Shown here piece by piece: positions 24,056 through 37,296 of a stretch of DNA of 64,000 bases. Both the position numbers and the translations under genes were made by a program. The stretch lies in the NCBI GenBank assembly GCA_964016885.1, contig OZ024745.1, forward strand, positions 34,782,001-34,846,000, written 5' to 3'. Within the stretch, counting starts at the first letter, position 1; each line of letters begins with the position of its first letter. Under the pieces are notes generated by a model, which saw only the letters and a list, made by a program, of their open reading frames with translations, was not told the DNA's origin and did not search any database. This stretch comes from Eledone cirrhosa (taxonomy: Eukaryota).

Positions 24056-24395
24056 TTCGTTTCTGAATTTGTTTAGCAAAATTCTTTATCTGAAAACGTG
24101 TGTTGAAACCGATATTGTTATACTTTGGGAGGGTCATGTTGCCAATAAGAAACACACGCACCAGTTGCATTTCACTTCAATTTATTAAAATAAATTTATA
24201 AATTTAGGAATTTATAAATTTCCGGTTGGTTGGTTGGTTGGTTGGTTCCACAACTATCTGGTTGTGGAACCAACCAACCAACCGGAAATTTATAAATTCC
24301 TAAATTTATAAATTTATTTTAATAAATTGAAGTGAAATGCAACTGGTGCGTGTGTTTCTTATTGGCAACATGACCCACCCAAAGTATAACAATAT
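24056..24395 (-). mobile_element. Fold-back insert in (TA)n with ~140-bp arms
   Basis: Tail 24056-24111, arms 24112-24254 / 24261-24395, loop tatctg, internal (GGTT)6 versus (AACC)4; terminus resembles 15907-15931. Confidence 0.75.
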
Positions 24396-24442
24396 ATATA
24401 TATACATACATATATATCCATATGTATATTATGTGTGTATGT

Positions 24443-24512
<70 letters not shown>

Positions 24513-24525
24513 ACATATAATACAA

Positions 24526-24556
<31 letters not shown>

Positions 24557-24579
24557 AACACATTTACATTTTTACTCAC

Positions 24580-24800
24580 ATGTTGCAGCCAGCTGGCTTG
24601 GGCCATGCTGGACTACACTTTCTATATCCAGACTTCCTTGGATGTAAGAGGGCATTTCTTGCTGCTGCCCTTTTGGTTAGCAGAATGTCGAGATGTTTCT
24701 TGAAAATATCTGCATGCACACCATGCAGATCTGTTAGAGTTTTTGGCAGCTTATTAAAGAGCTAGGTTCCTATCAGCTCCAGGCTATTGCAGTATATTCT
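24580..24800 (-). mobile_element. CR1/L2-like LINE 3' fragment
   Basis: Reverse-complement similarity to 17085-17350. Confidence 0.7.
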
Positions 24801-24977
24801 TCATAAGAAGGATCGGACAAGTGTACATTCCGTTCTGACTCTTTTTACCACCATTTTCCTTCTGTTTTCCTGCTTTGGAGTTGATAATATTCTTCTCATC
24901 ATCTGATCAAAAGCACTCTCTTGCTAGTTTGTATGTTATTAGTGTAAGGACATTTACATTCTGCTCACCCATTCCTG

Positions 24978-25197
24978 CGTGGATTGGCAGTATCAGTAGA
25001 GAGTCGGACACCATGCTTTACAGCATAGAGTTATGGGCCTTTATGATCTGAGTTCAAATCCTGCCGAGGTTAACTTTGCCTTTCATCCTTACGGGGTCGA
25101 TAAAATAAAGTACCAGTCACACACTGGGGTCGATTTTATTGACTTTCCCCTTCCCCCAAAATTGCTGGCCTTGTGCCTAAAGTAGAAACAATTATTT
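24978..25197 (+). mobile_element. tRNA-derived SINE, family 2
   Basis: Near-identical to 13063-13282. Further copies or fragments on minus at about 34553-34990, 38275-38400, 44848-44910, 57733-57878 and 63983-64000, and on plus at 36920-37075. Confidence 0.85.
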
Positions 25198-25611
25198 CTA
25201 ATACATTGTCCAGGTCTTGAACTAACTAGTGCTATTGCTTGGCATCACTCATTTTGGGCCATTTGATGCATTCTCTCACAGGGTGGGTTGGGCTCTCCTG
25301 GGACACAGGTACTGAGAGATCTCCAATTCTGTGGGTGTTTCCTGTCTGGAGTTCTCCAGTGTCTCACCAGGTACTACCACTCTGCATCATGGCACATTTG
25401 GTTCTGACGTGAGGTATTTTAAGCCCATTTTTGCTCTTGCAGAATCTTTACTTCCAATACCTCCCTAGTAAATGTTGTTTGAGCGATCAGTTCCTGCATC
25501 CATAATTCATTTCAGGCTATTGTCGTTGTATCCATCCTGTTGAGTCTTCCACCCTCACCACCTCTCAGGAAACTCTGGGGAAATTTCTTGCTTTTACACT
25601 TTCTAGCTTGG

Positions 25612-25930
25612 TGTCTACAGCTGGATTCCCTTCCTAATGCCAACCACATTTACAGTGTGGACTTGGTGCTTTTTATCATAGCACCAAAATGACCAGTTTA
25701 CAGGGTGGATATGGTGCTTTTTATCATGGCACCAAAATGACCACTTTAGAGGGTGGACAGGGTGCTTTTTGCTGTGTCACCATTATGATCATTTTACAGG
25801 ATGGACTGAGTGCATTTTTCTTGTGTTACTAGCATGACCACCTTACACGGTGAACAAGAGATCTTTGTCGTATCACCAGTATGACCACCTTACAGGGTGG
25901 ACTGGAGCTTTTAGCGATTTCAGTAGCATT
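25612..25930 (-). repeat. Tandem array (~6 x ~48 bp) of a SINE/RTE-derived two-hairpin module
   Basis: Repeats of 'accactttacagggtggac..ggtgctttttatcatggcaccaaaatg' following 'tctacagctggattcccttcctaatgccaaccac'. Confidence 0.75.
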
Positions 25931-26496
25931 GTGGAAGAGCACATCCAGCTTTCCATGCTTGTATGCATGGGTTGGACAAGTGAGATGTATCAGATGTGGG
26001 AAGGTTAGGGGGCATGGTGCATGCATGTTGGATGGGGATTGGAGAGGTAGGTCTAATGTGGGGTAATTAACTGGTGAAGCATGGAATGTTAAGATATGGG
26101 ACATGAATGAGGTGGAGTATTTAGTTCATGAGGGTGAAGATCATTAAGAGCAGGGATGGTGTAAGGTGAGGAGGGAAGGGAGTATGCAAGTTGGACAGGG
26201 ACGCGGTGAGTGGGTATTTATATATGTATATAGGAATCTATATGTATATATATATATATATATGTGTGTATATATATGTATGTGTGTATGCGTGTGTGTG
26301 TGTGTGTGTGTGTGTATCAGTATATATATATGTGTGTGTATTTGTATTTGTTTGCAGGCATGTATGTATGTATAAATTGCTTATATAAATTTTGCGTGCG
26401 GAACATTTTCTTGGGATGTTCAATTGAATATAGTATGAATTTGGCAGGTTATACATGTTTTGAATTTAAATAAACCTTTCCTTATTTTCTTCAATG

Positions 26497-26572
<76 letters not shown>

Positions 26573-27039
26573 GAGAAGAGAGAGATAGAGAGAGTCTGCA
26601 ATGCTGAGACTGGGGAGAGACCAAATCATTGGAGTACACAACGCATAGCTAGATGCAGAGTGGGCATAAAGACAGGTATAATCCTGACTGTGGTGCCAAG
26701 TGGTTTCGGCTTATTTGTTCTCTCTCTTTCTCTCTCTATATATATATATAATTCACAGTAGCATCAAGACAACATAAAGTGGCATTATAAGATGTACATG
26801 AAATCATATACTATATTTTAATGTGTAATAAACAAAAGGAAGCCTCACTATCAAAAAGAAAAAAATTTGTTACGTAAAATAATTTTTCTCACTTTTTCTA
26901 TGGGAACATGTCACAGGTATCTTAGTAGTAGTTGAAAATGCCAGACAATGCTGCTTCAAGATTTGATAATTTCTTATCAGTGACATTCCCTCAACTAGTA
27001 CTGACAGGCAAACAGACTAGAGTCTGTTTAGATTTTGCA

Positions 27040-27095
<56 letters not shown>

Positions 27096-27222
27096 GCATA
27101 TACGTCCCCCCCCCCCTTGCAAGCAGGGAAAAGCGGGCGTAAAATGATGATGATGATGATGATGATATACATACAACCATATATATATAGATATAGATAT
27201 TTATTAAAATAACAGATTAAAG

Positions 27223-27351
<129 letters not shown>

Positions 27352-27426
27352 TATTTATTTTATTTATTTATATATTTATATATACTTATATATATATTTA
27401 TTTGTATATTTACATATATATATATT

Positions 27427-27480
<54 letters not shown>

Positions 27481-27665
27481 AATATGTATGTATATATGCG
27501 TATGTGTATATGTATGTATATATGTATGTATATATATACATGTATGTATGTTGGATGTACATATATATATATGTATATATATGTATGTATGTATATATGT
27601 ATACATCAAACGTAATGAAGATTTAACCATTTGTCCTTGTATTATTATGTATGTATATGTATATA

Positions 27666-27703
<38 letters not shown>

Positions 27704-29410
27704 TATGTATATATTTATGTGTAAATATATACATATATACACATGTATATCTATACAGATTTATTTATGCGTGTGTGAATGTAAATATCATTTTATATAG
27801 CTTAAACATTTACTAAAGAAAAAAACATTATCATTTTAATGTCTGATTTCCCATGCTAGTAAGGGAAGGACAGGTTTTATTTAAACTAATTTTCGGATGG
27901 ATACCAACCATCTTACACAGGAACATATATTGCTATTATATATATATATACTCACATAGATGTAATATCTGCATCATATATATTATAGAAAATGTTCATG
28001 TTTGATTTGTCATAGATATAGGCATTCTTCCCTCTTTGAGTGTATGATATTGCATACATGTGTATGTGTGTATACTTATAAGTATATGTGAATTTACATT
28101 GTATATATGTATTGGGATGATTGAAAGGAAAGGTTTATTGACATCTGAAAAGATAATCTTTGGAATGTGAACAGCTAAAGAATAAATATTTTTTCTTCTA
28201 CGTTTTATATGTATCAGAGCAATATCATATAAGAAATATTTTGACAGAATTTAATGTCAGTAATATTTACACTGGTTGACATAAGAGGAAGTGTGTGCAC
28301 GATGGGCCTTGGTGTGCAAATTGCAAATTTTGCTGCATCAGCAAAGAGGAAGACCAGTGATTGTAGGGTGTCAGTGAATGAGTCTATGGATTTAGATAAG
28401 GTCTGAAATGTTTGTATGTGTAGCTGCAGTATTATCTCAAAAGTGGAAACGGTAAACTAAGTTACTTATATATAAAGATGTGATTGCAAATGTAGGGACT
28501 TCTCAGAGAGCAGAATAAGTAAAGAATCTTCTTTGACAAGTGTGTTGCTTAGGCTATGCCAGACCTTTTGCTACGTTTACAGTGTTGTGTCTGTATTACA
28601 TGTCTAACCATTTGCATGCTAGCACAATCTCAGATAGCCAATCTAACTTAGCTGGAATATAGTTTTGAAGTAAAACAAGATAAAAAATGCCCTCTTAATA
28701 GCTATGTATAACCACTTATAAAACACTCACATCATAAATTCAGCAACCATTGAGGCTTTTATCTAATAGGATATATGATATACATAGCTTATAGGAGTTG
28801 GGAGGTCAGTTTGTATATCAGTCTGGGACCTGGAAACCCAAGGAGAGGTGTGAATATCTGATGCCACTACCACAAAATCTGAATTTATATATATATATAT
28901 CTATCTATATATAGATAATTCATATATATAATTTATATATGTATATTTTTTGAAGGGTGCCAATCATAATAATGAAAGACACAAGATCCATCATCATAGC
29001 TGTGAATCTTAAAATATCAAATCACAGTTAGCTTGAATAACAGAAAACCAAAAGCACAAAAGTATATTTTTAAAAAGCCTTCTTTCAAGACATTTATTTA
29101 TAGTGTTAAACAGAGGTTTTATTTGACAAATATATTAATTATTTTAAGATACGTAAATATATCTAGACATAGGATGTTGAAGATGTAACTGTAAATGCTT
29201 TTTGAGTACGGTTTTATATTTTTATTATAATTTCCTGATGTAGTCGTTTGGACTTTCAATGTTTTTCAAGCTGTCATTATTATTATATTGTGTGGGTATG
29301 TATATATTGTCATCAGGTCTAATGTATAAAAGTGACTGTCTATGAAATGACAAATTCACAAAACTTGTGTGGAATGAGTTTACAAGTGCATCCAGAAGGT
29401 ATGACTGAAT

Positions 29411-29448
<38 letters not shown>

Positions 29449-29488
29449 CTTTATTTACCATAAAGGCATGTTATATATATATATATAT

Positions 29489-29520
<32 letters not shown>

Positions 29521-30011
29521 GTAGATAGATATATAAAAAGAAAGATATTCAGATAGCTAGTTAGATTATTTCTAATGGAGTAAAATTGTTGAGACAGAAA
29601 CTGTAGCCAGCTTGATGGGTGGTATGTGTAATATTGTGTTACACTGATTCAGCTGGAGAATTACATAAAGTGTACACATATTTGGTGAATACTCATTTCA
29701 CTTCATAAATGGGTACATAGCTGATTGAACAACTGGATGCTTATCGTTGAAATTGATGGTGAATCCATCATAAATATATTTAAAAAATTATAAAACAAAT
29801 GATAGATACGATACAAATTCTCTTACTATTTTACTGTGGATGAAAAAAAAAAATCCTTCTTCATATAAACTTCAATGAAGAATCTATCTTGGCTATTTAT
29901 CGAACTATATCATAAATTTGGTATATATTCCAATTGGAAGCAAATAAATTAAATATTAAACTATTTGTTATTATTCCCTTTAGCATGTCTCAATCACTCT
30001 CATCATTTTCC

Positions 30012-30061
<50 letters not shown>

Positions 30062-30428
30062 CATTTTTATTATGACATCTATTACTATTCCCTTTCTTGA
30101 TAAGTCATCCCTACTAATCACACCAGCTATCTTTAAACTCAACCCCAGCTAATATTCATTCACAGAATCTTCTATCCTTTTGCCTGTTTGTTATTATTAT
30201 TATTATTAATATTATTATTATTTTTATTATTATTTTCCCCTAACCCTGTCTGTCTGCCAGCCATACCACCTGCCTATGTTCCTCCCTTATTGTTGACTGA
30301 TGGTTACATTCATTCTCAATTAAGCAAGCACTTATATCACTGACAATCCTTAATCTATTAATTAAATTCATATAAACAAAATAAGTAAAAAAGGAAAAAA
30401 TAAATATATATCATATTAATAACAATAG

Positions 30429-30526
<98 letters not shown>

Positions 30527-31096
30527 TTGTGCATATATATATATATATATATGTGTAATTTGAAATTCTTCCTAGGTACTTTTTTTCTCTCTTTCTCTCT
30601 TTCAATTTTTTTTTTAATCTGAACACTTCTTTCAATTTCATCCTTTATTTCAACCTTTTCTCTGCTAGTAATATAAACAATTATGAAATTATGATATATA
30701 AAACTTATTCCAGTTTCAAGCATATTTTGTATGAAAACTTTGAATGAGTTTTTTTCTCTTCATATTCTCTTCATATTAAATATATATATATATATGTATG
30801 TATATCATTTATATATATATATATAGATATATTTTGAGAGAGAACCAACACATGCACCCCAAAAAATATTACTTTTAACTTCTTCTGCATGCATTGTTTT
30901 TAATATCTTAACCTCACTGGAACTAATGAGTTTCTTCCTCATGTCTTGATTGTCGTTTACTGTTTTTATTGTAAAAAAAATTATTTAAATCACCAATGCA
31001 TCTGCTTTGTGTTGATTTCTCTGCTTTTAGAATTTTAAAATTATTTTTGTACTTTTGTGTGTATGATGTGTATGTATATATATATATGTGTATATT

Positions 31097-31129
<33 letters not shown>

Positions 31130-31156
31130 TTATATATATATATGTAAATAAATAAA

Positions 31157-31252
<96 letters not shown>

Positions 31253-31631
31253 TATATTTATTTATTTATTTACATATATATTTTTTTTTTTTTTTTGCAT
31301 GTAATGCTTTCCTCTTGGTTTTTGAAAACCAATGCTTAGGCTGAACAATAGAATCTTTTTAGTAATGGCTTAGTAGATGAATTTTTTGTATGTGTGGTGT
31401 GTTAATGTGTGTGTTCGCATTTGTGTGTATGTGTGTGCAAACTTAAAGACTTTATTTTGTGCACATGCATGACATATATAATGCAAGTGCCAAAATCAGT
31501 ATGCATGAGGTTTGATATTGGTATGTGTGGAACACATGAGTTCCTTTCAGAAAATCAGACAATAGCCAATAAAAAAATAACCAAACAATTCAAATTATAT
31601 ATATATATTTATATATATATATTTATATATA

Positions 31632-31718
<87 letters not shown>

Positions 31719-33692
31719 ATATTTATGTGTGTGTGTAATTCATTCTCTAGTTTAAATAAACAAAAGGACTATTTATCACAGAGAACAGAGCAAATTCCCA
31801 CAAAACCAAAATGTATGTAAGCCAGTCTTCTTTTCTACCATTCTATTTAATTCATCATGGCTAAACATTTTAATAACATGTAATATTTTGCACATGCTCA
31901 AATGTTAAAAGAAATTACCAAACACTTTAAAATTTCAACAAATTAAATGAGTTTTTTTCCATTCTGTGTTTAAGTATGATATTTTACATTTATCAGTGAT
32001 ATTAATGTGTGGTTTGAAATTCCAAATTTACCTCTTTAGAAGATATTGGATTTTAAAACCTAATAACATTTTAGATTGCTGTGTGAACTTTTCTAATTAA
32101 TTGTGTATCATGATAGCAGTGCATCTCTATTTGACTGTTTAATATGTGCTATGAACTTAATTATTCAAATGTGTGTAGAGATTTCCAATGTAGATTTCAG
32201 GAATTTAAACTAAAAAAATAATCTTTTAAAAATACAAAATAAAGTATTCTATAAAAAGAATATAACCTCAGATCCATTTTGCAACTCACTGAAGAAATTG
32301 TACTGCTAGTATCTTAACAAGATGATTATTACTTAATAGTTCATGTCATAGAGAAACTAAATTGAGCCTTTAATTTTCAAAGAATATACATAATTAAGAT
32401 GAAAGATAAGCGCAGTTTTAATTTTAATATTACTTAAAATAAAAGCCATTTTCACTGATTAAGTAATTGATTTCACAAATTTCCAGTGCATTATGGAAAT
32501 TTTCTTTCATTAGCCTCTTTATTCTAGTGTCAGTTATACATTGTGTATATTCTAAATATGTGTGTGAGTTACATACATTCTAGTGTTGTTTCTCAACCAA
32601 CATCTGTAAATAAACCGTTCCATGACCATTGTCATCTGAACTAAGATCGTGGTTAACAGATTAATATTTTTCTATATAACCAGCTTAGTTATTGGTTCAC
32701 TACTTTTCATGTGGGCAGCATATGTGGTGAATACACCATTACATGATCGCCATTACATGCAAAAAAGGACTAGCTGATTGAAATGTTGCAATATGAAATG
32801 AAGTGCTTTGTTCAAAAATACAATGCATCACCTGATCAAGGAATCAAACTCATAACCTCATAATCATGAACACAACACTCTAACTACTTTGCCATGTATA
32901 TGCCTTCTTGACTATGAGCTTAATGTAGTGAAATATCAACTGCTGGATCATCAATTCTAAACTTGGTACAATGATTATGTTGTTTTTATTGTTGTTGCTT
33001 AGTCTCAGGTCAATTTTGATCCAGCATATCTATGATCAAATGTATTGCAGTCATGATCAAACCATCTTTTTATGGGATTTTATAGACAATAATTTATAAT
33101 TTAAAGGATATTCCAATATTATTTTTGGCAACTAATCATAGGCTCTGTCATTGTCTCAACTAACTTATATGCAGATGTAAATCTTATTGCATTTTTATTA
33201 ACTAGCACTAAGACAATTCCTATCTATTTGGGAATGGTTATGTAGTTAAGGAGTTTGCTTTGGAACTACATGGTTTTGTGTTCAGCCCCATTTCACAGCA
33301 CTGGGTTTTTACCATAGCAAGCCTTAGGTTAGCCAATACACAGTGAGTAACATAATTTTGTGAGAACTTTTGTTAAGTTAAGCTCCAAACACCAGCTTAA
33401 GAATGCTGAACTTAGTAATTTTATTTAAGCATTCCAAATTCTTGTTCATTTTGAAAATTGTTTGAAACACATGAGTAGTATATTTCATTAGAAATATCGT
33501 TATAAACAGTTAAATTAATAAAACTAAACAGATTGTTTTTTAAATTCCAATATTTTAAAATGTTGAATAAAAAGATAAGATTTCTTTTAAAATATATTAT
33601 AAGGAAATTAATAACAAAAATAAGGGATTTGCTAAAATTTGTGTACTTCATAATTATTATCAATAATATTAAAATTGTTACAATTATTATTA

Positions 33693-33751
<59 letters not shown>

Positions 33752-33874
33752 ACTACTACTACTATTAGTTAGTTCGTAGTTAGCATGGTTGCATCATTTC
33801 TTTTTCAGTTTGTGCTTATATCTCCTGCAATAAGTTCTTAATTTATCTAAAATTGCTGGAGAAAATCTATAATG

Positions 33875-34019
33875 TTCCTTTCTTCATCTTCTGTTTTTTC
33901 TTCTTTTTTCTTCTTTTTTCTTCTTTTTTCTTCTCTTTTCTTCTTTTTTCTTCTTTTTTCTTCTTTTTTCTTCTTTTTTCTTCTTTTTTCTTCTTTTTTC
34001 TATTTCTTTTTCTTTCTTA

Positions 34020-34071
<52 letters not shown>

Positions 34072-34240
34072 TTGTTTTCTTTCTTTCTTCTTTTTTCTTT
34101 CTTCTTTTTTCTTTCTTCTTTTTTCTTTCTTTCTTTCTTCTCTTCATCTTCTTTTTCTTCTTTTTCTTCTTCTTCTTCCTTTTCTTCTTCTTTTTCTTCT
34201 TCTTCTTCTTCTTCTTCTTCTTCTTCTTTTGCTTTTTTTA
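33875..34240. repeat. Polypyrimidine tract of (TTC)n, (TTCT)n and (TTCTTTTTTC)n
   Basis: Direct reading; source of the poly-F/S and poly-K/E/R ORFs. Confidence 0.95.
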
Positions 34241-35861
34241 CTTGTCTTAGAATGAAAAGTGTTGTGTGCACCTGAATGAGATGAGCATCTTTTATTCCAT
34301 TACACATTTTATAATCAAAACTACTGTAAAATAACAAAAATTGCAATGGTTAATTTTGAGTAAGCATATGACCATCTTTCTAAGTTTTATACTCATAGCT
34401 ATTTCATTAACCTCAGTAGGAAGTAACCTAATTCGGCCATGATTTGCGATTTGAATTCAGAAGAGAGTGGCATGTATAGAGATAACAAATTCTATAGCTA
34501 AGCTAGCTATCTTCTGCCTCAGAAGCATAATAATATCAATTGTTTCTAATTAATATATAAGGCCAGCAATTTTGTTGGGGAGAGTAAATATGATTAAATA
34601 AACCCCAGTGCTTAGGTATAATAATAATAATAATAATAGTCTCTTCTAACAATAATGTGGAGTCTATTAAATTGACCCCTGTACTTGACTGGTACTATAT
34701 TTTCTCAACTCCAGGAGAATAAAAGGCAAAGTTACTCCCAACATGAGTTAAACTCGCCATATAAAGAGGGTGAACAAATATTGTAAAGCAGTTTGTACAA
34801 TACTCTAACTACTCAACTAGATAATGATTTTTAATTTTTGCACATAGCCAGCAATTTTGGAATATGGGTTAGTCAATTAAACTGAATCCAGTACTTGACT
34901 GATACTATCTATATCTTATTGACTCTGAAAGGTAAAGTTGCCCTTGGCAGGATTTGAAGTCAGATCTGGAAAAATATTACAAAACATTTTTCCAACGCTA
35001 TCACCTATTCTGCCAACCCACTGCCCTGTGGCCATTTACACAGAACCAATTAAGGATAAAAATCAGGCAGGGATAACAAAAGTATATTAAAAAATGAACT
35101 AAGATATACTAATGAATTCAGGATAAAAAATCTCTTGAGTAAAAGTCACAATTTACTTATATACCCTAAATATTATGAAAAAGGTTTATCTAAAACAAGG
35201 AAAACTTAAAGATAAAAAGAGAAAAACTTTTTTTTTTCTTAGTCAAAAGTGTAACTTTTGTTCCTGTGATTTTATTTTTCTTCATTAACCCAATAGGGGG
35301 ATAGCTATCTGTGTCCAATCACAGAACTCTGCAGTGTTACACTAACTGCAAGAAGCAAGTGAAGTATCCTCAATATTGATAATTCAAAATAAATCTTCTG
35401 ATTTCAGAGCAGAAGTCTATTTAGGTCATAAAAGTAAAAAGATAGATTTTTTGGCAGATAGCATCATTAAAACCAAATTAAAATTTATGTTTCTATGCTT
35501 GCCCCTGTCCCTTTGATAATTTAATTTTTAATATGTAACACTTGTGATAGTAATCTAGGTACTACTAAATATATATTATCTGCCGATGTGTATGTGGAAG
35601 AGTTTTTCATATAAAAAAGTAATGGAACTTGATGTAAGTTTTTCAAACTGGTTCCAAATTCTCATATACCAATTTCAAATTCTTCTCCTATTACAAGATA
35701 AATCTCTTCTAAAAAAACCTATCATAATTTTCTTTTTCACCTTCCTTTTACTGAATGGCTTTATGCTTAATCAAATTAATCTATTATATATATATATAGA
35801 TATAGATATATGTAATATAAAATTTCATTTCAGATAACTTTTTATTAATATATACGTATAT

Positions 35862-35915
35862 ACATATATATATACACACACATATATATATATATACATA
35901 TATGTGTATATATGC

Positions 35916-35955
<40 letters not shown>

Positions 35956-36131
35956 ATGGGTGTGTGATTATGTGTGCATGTTTCCATGTATGTATATACA
36001 TATATATACACACACATATATATATATATACATATATGTGTATATATGCATATATATATATATATGTGTGTGTGTGTGTATGGGTGTGTGATTATGTGTG
36101 TATGTGTGCATGTTTCCATGTATGTATATAC
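35862..36131. repeat. Tandem duplication (~130-140 bp unit) of a compound microsatellite
   Basis: 'tatgggtgtgtgattatgtgtg..catgtttccatgtatgtatataca' occurs twice with matching upstream TA/CA pattern. Confidence 0.8.
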
Positions 36132-36618
36132 ATATATATATACATAAAAGATAATGAAATATTATGAAAAGTTTGGATAGTTGATTATTTATATGATAGA
36201 TATAGATAAGATGCAATCAGTGAGACGGAGAATAGATATGACATGGTATGTGTGCATCATACATGTATACCTAGACACACACCCACACATATATGTATGT
36301 ATGTATATACACACAGATGATATATAGGTGAAGGCATGTGGTTTAGTGGCTGGCTCATGTTATATAAGTTGAATTGTGTCCTTGAGAAATCCATTATATT
36401 CCACATTGTTACTATCTACTCAGCTGGTAAAACTGAATTTTACCTGTAACTCCAAGAGCCAACCTTGTAATGCTGTATGTCATGCTGATTCTCAGACACT
36501 AACATGTTAACATGTTAGCAGACTATTCTATTAATTGATTGCATCAACTGAAACACTTGTCATATGTCCATTATATATATGTATATAATATACTTACATA
36601 CATATATATATATATACA

Positions 36619-36810
36619 ATATTAACAAATGGAAACTATATTTATAAAACCATATTTATTTCATTATACAGTATAATGAAATAAATATGGTTTTATAAAT
36701 ATAGTTTCCATTTGTTAATATCGTATATCTACTCCAAATACTTGTCGAGTGCTTTATATCAGTTATAAAAATATTTACTTGTTGTATCCCAACTATTTAA
36801 ATAGAACTTT

Positions 36811-36813
<3 letters not shown>
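36619..36813 (+). mobile_element. Short fold-back insert in (TA)n, family C
   Basis: 51-bp arms 36619-36669 / 36671-36721 with a 1-nt centre; tail contains gtcgagtgc; arms match 7154-7204. Confidence 0.75.
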
Positions 36814-36854
<41 letters not shown>

Positions 36855-37242
36855 TTATATATGTACATATATATATATTTATGCCATACATGTGTGTGTG
36901 TGTATATACATATATATTTGAGGTGGCAATTTGGCAGAGCTGTTAGAATATCAGATAGAATACCCCTTGTGGTATTCATTCAGGTTTTCTGCACTCTGAG
37001 TTCAAATCCTGCTGAAATGAACTTCCATTATTTCGAGGTTGATACAAAAATGACCTGTTCAGTACTAGGGTTAATTCTTCCATCTCTATTACTTTCTCTC
37101 TTCTTCACTGGAAGAAATCGAGTGTGTTCAGATCTGGTGAGCGAATGTTCTCTGCCAGGTTTAAAATGCCCAAGAAACACCTTTTGTCTCTGTGGCACTC
37201 CTATGACTCCACCAGGATTTACTGGTCAAAGAAAGAAAATAT

Positions 37243-37296
<54 letters not shown>

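Noticed and set aside
24224-24247. Telomere-like repeat
   Set aside because: (GGTT)n is not TTAGGG and is internal to a fold-back arm.
25640-25930. Regularly spaced repeats resembling a CRISPR array
   Set aside because: Eukaryotic context, no unique spacers, no cas genes; the unit is a SINE module.
29243-29320. Minus-strand CTGATGA...GAAA-gtc-caaac-gac-TA
   Set aside because: Stem III is plausible but stems I and II do not pair; at best a very decayed relic.
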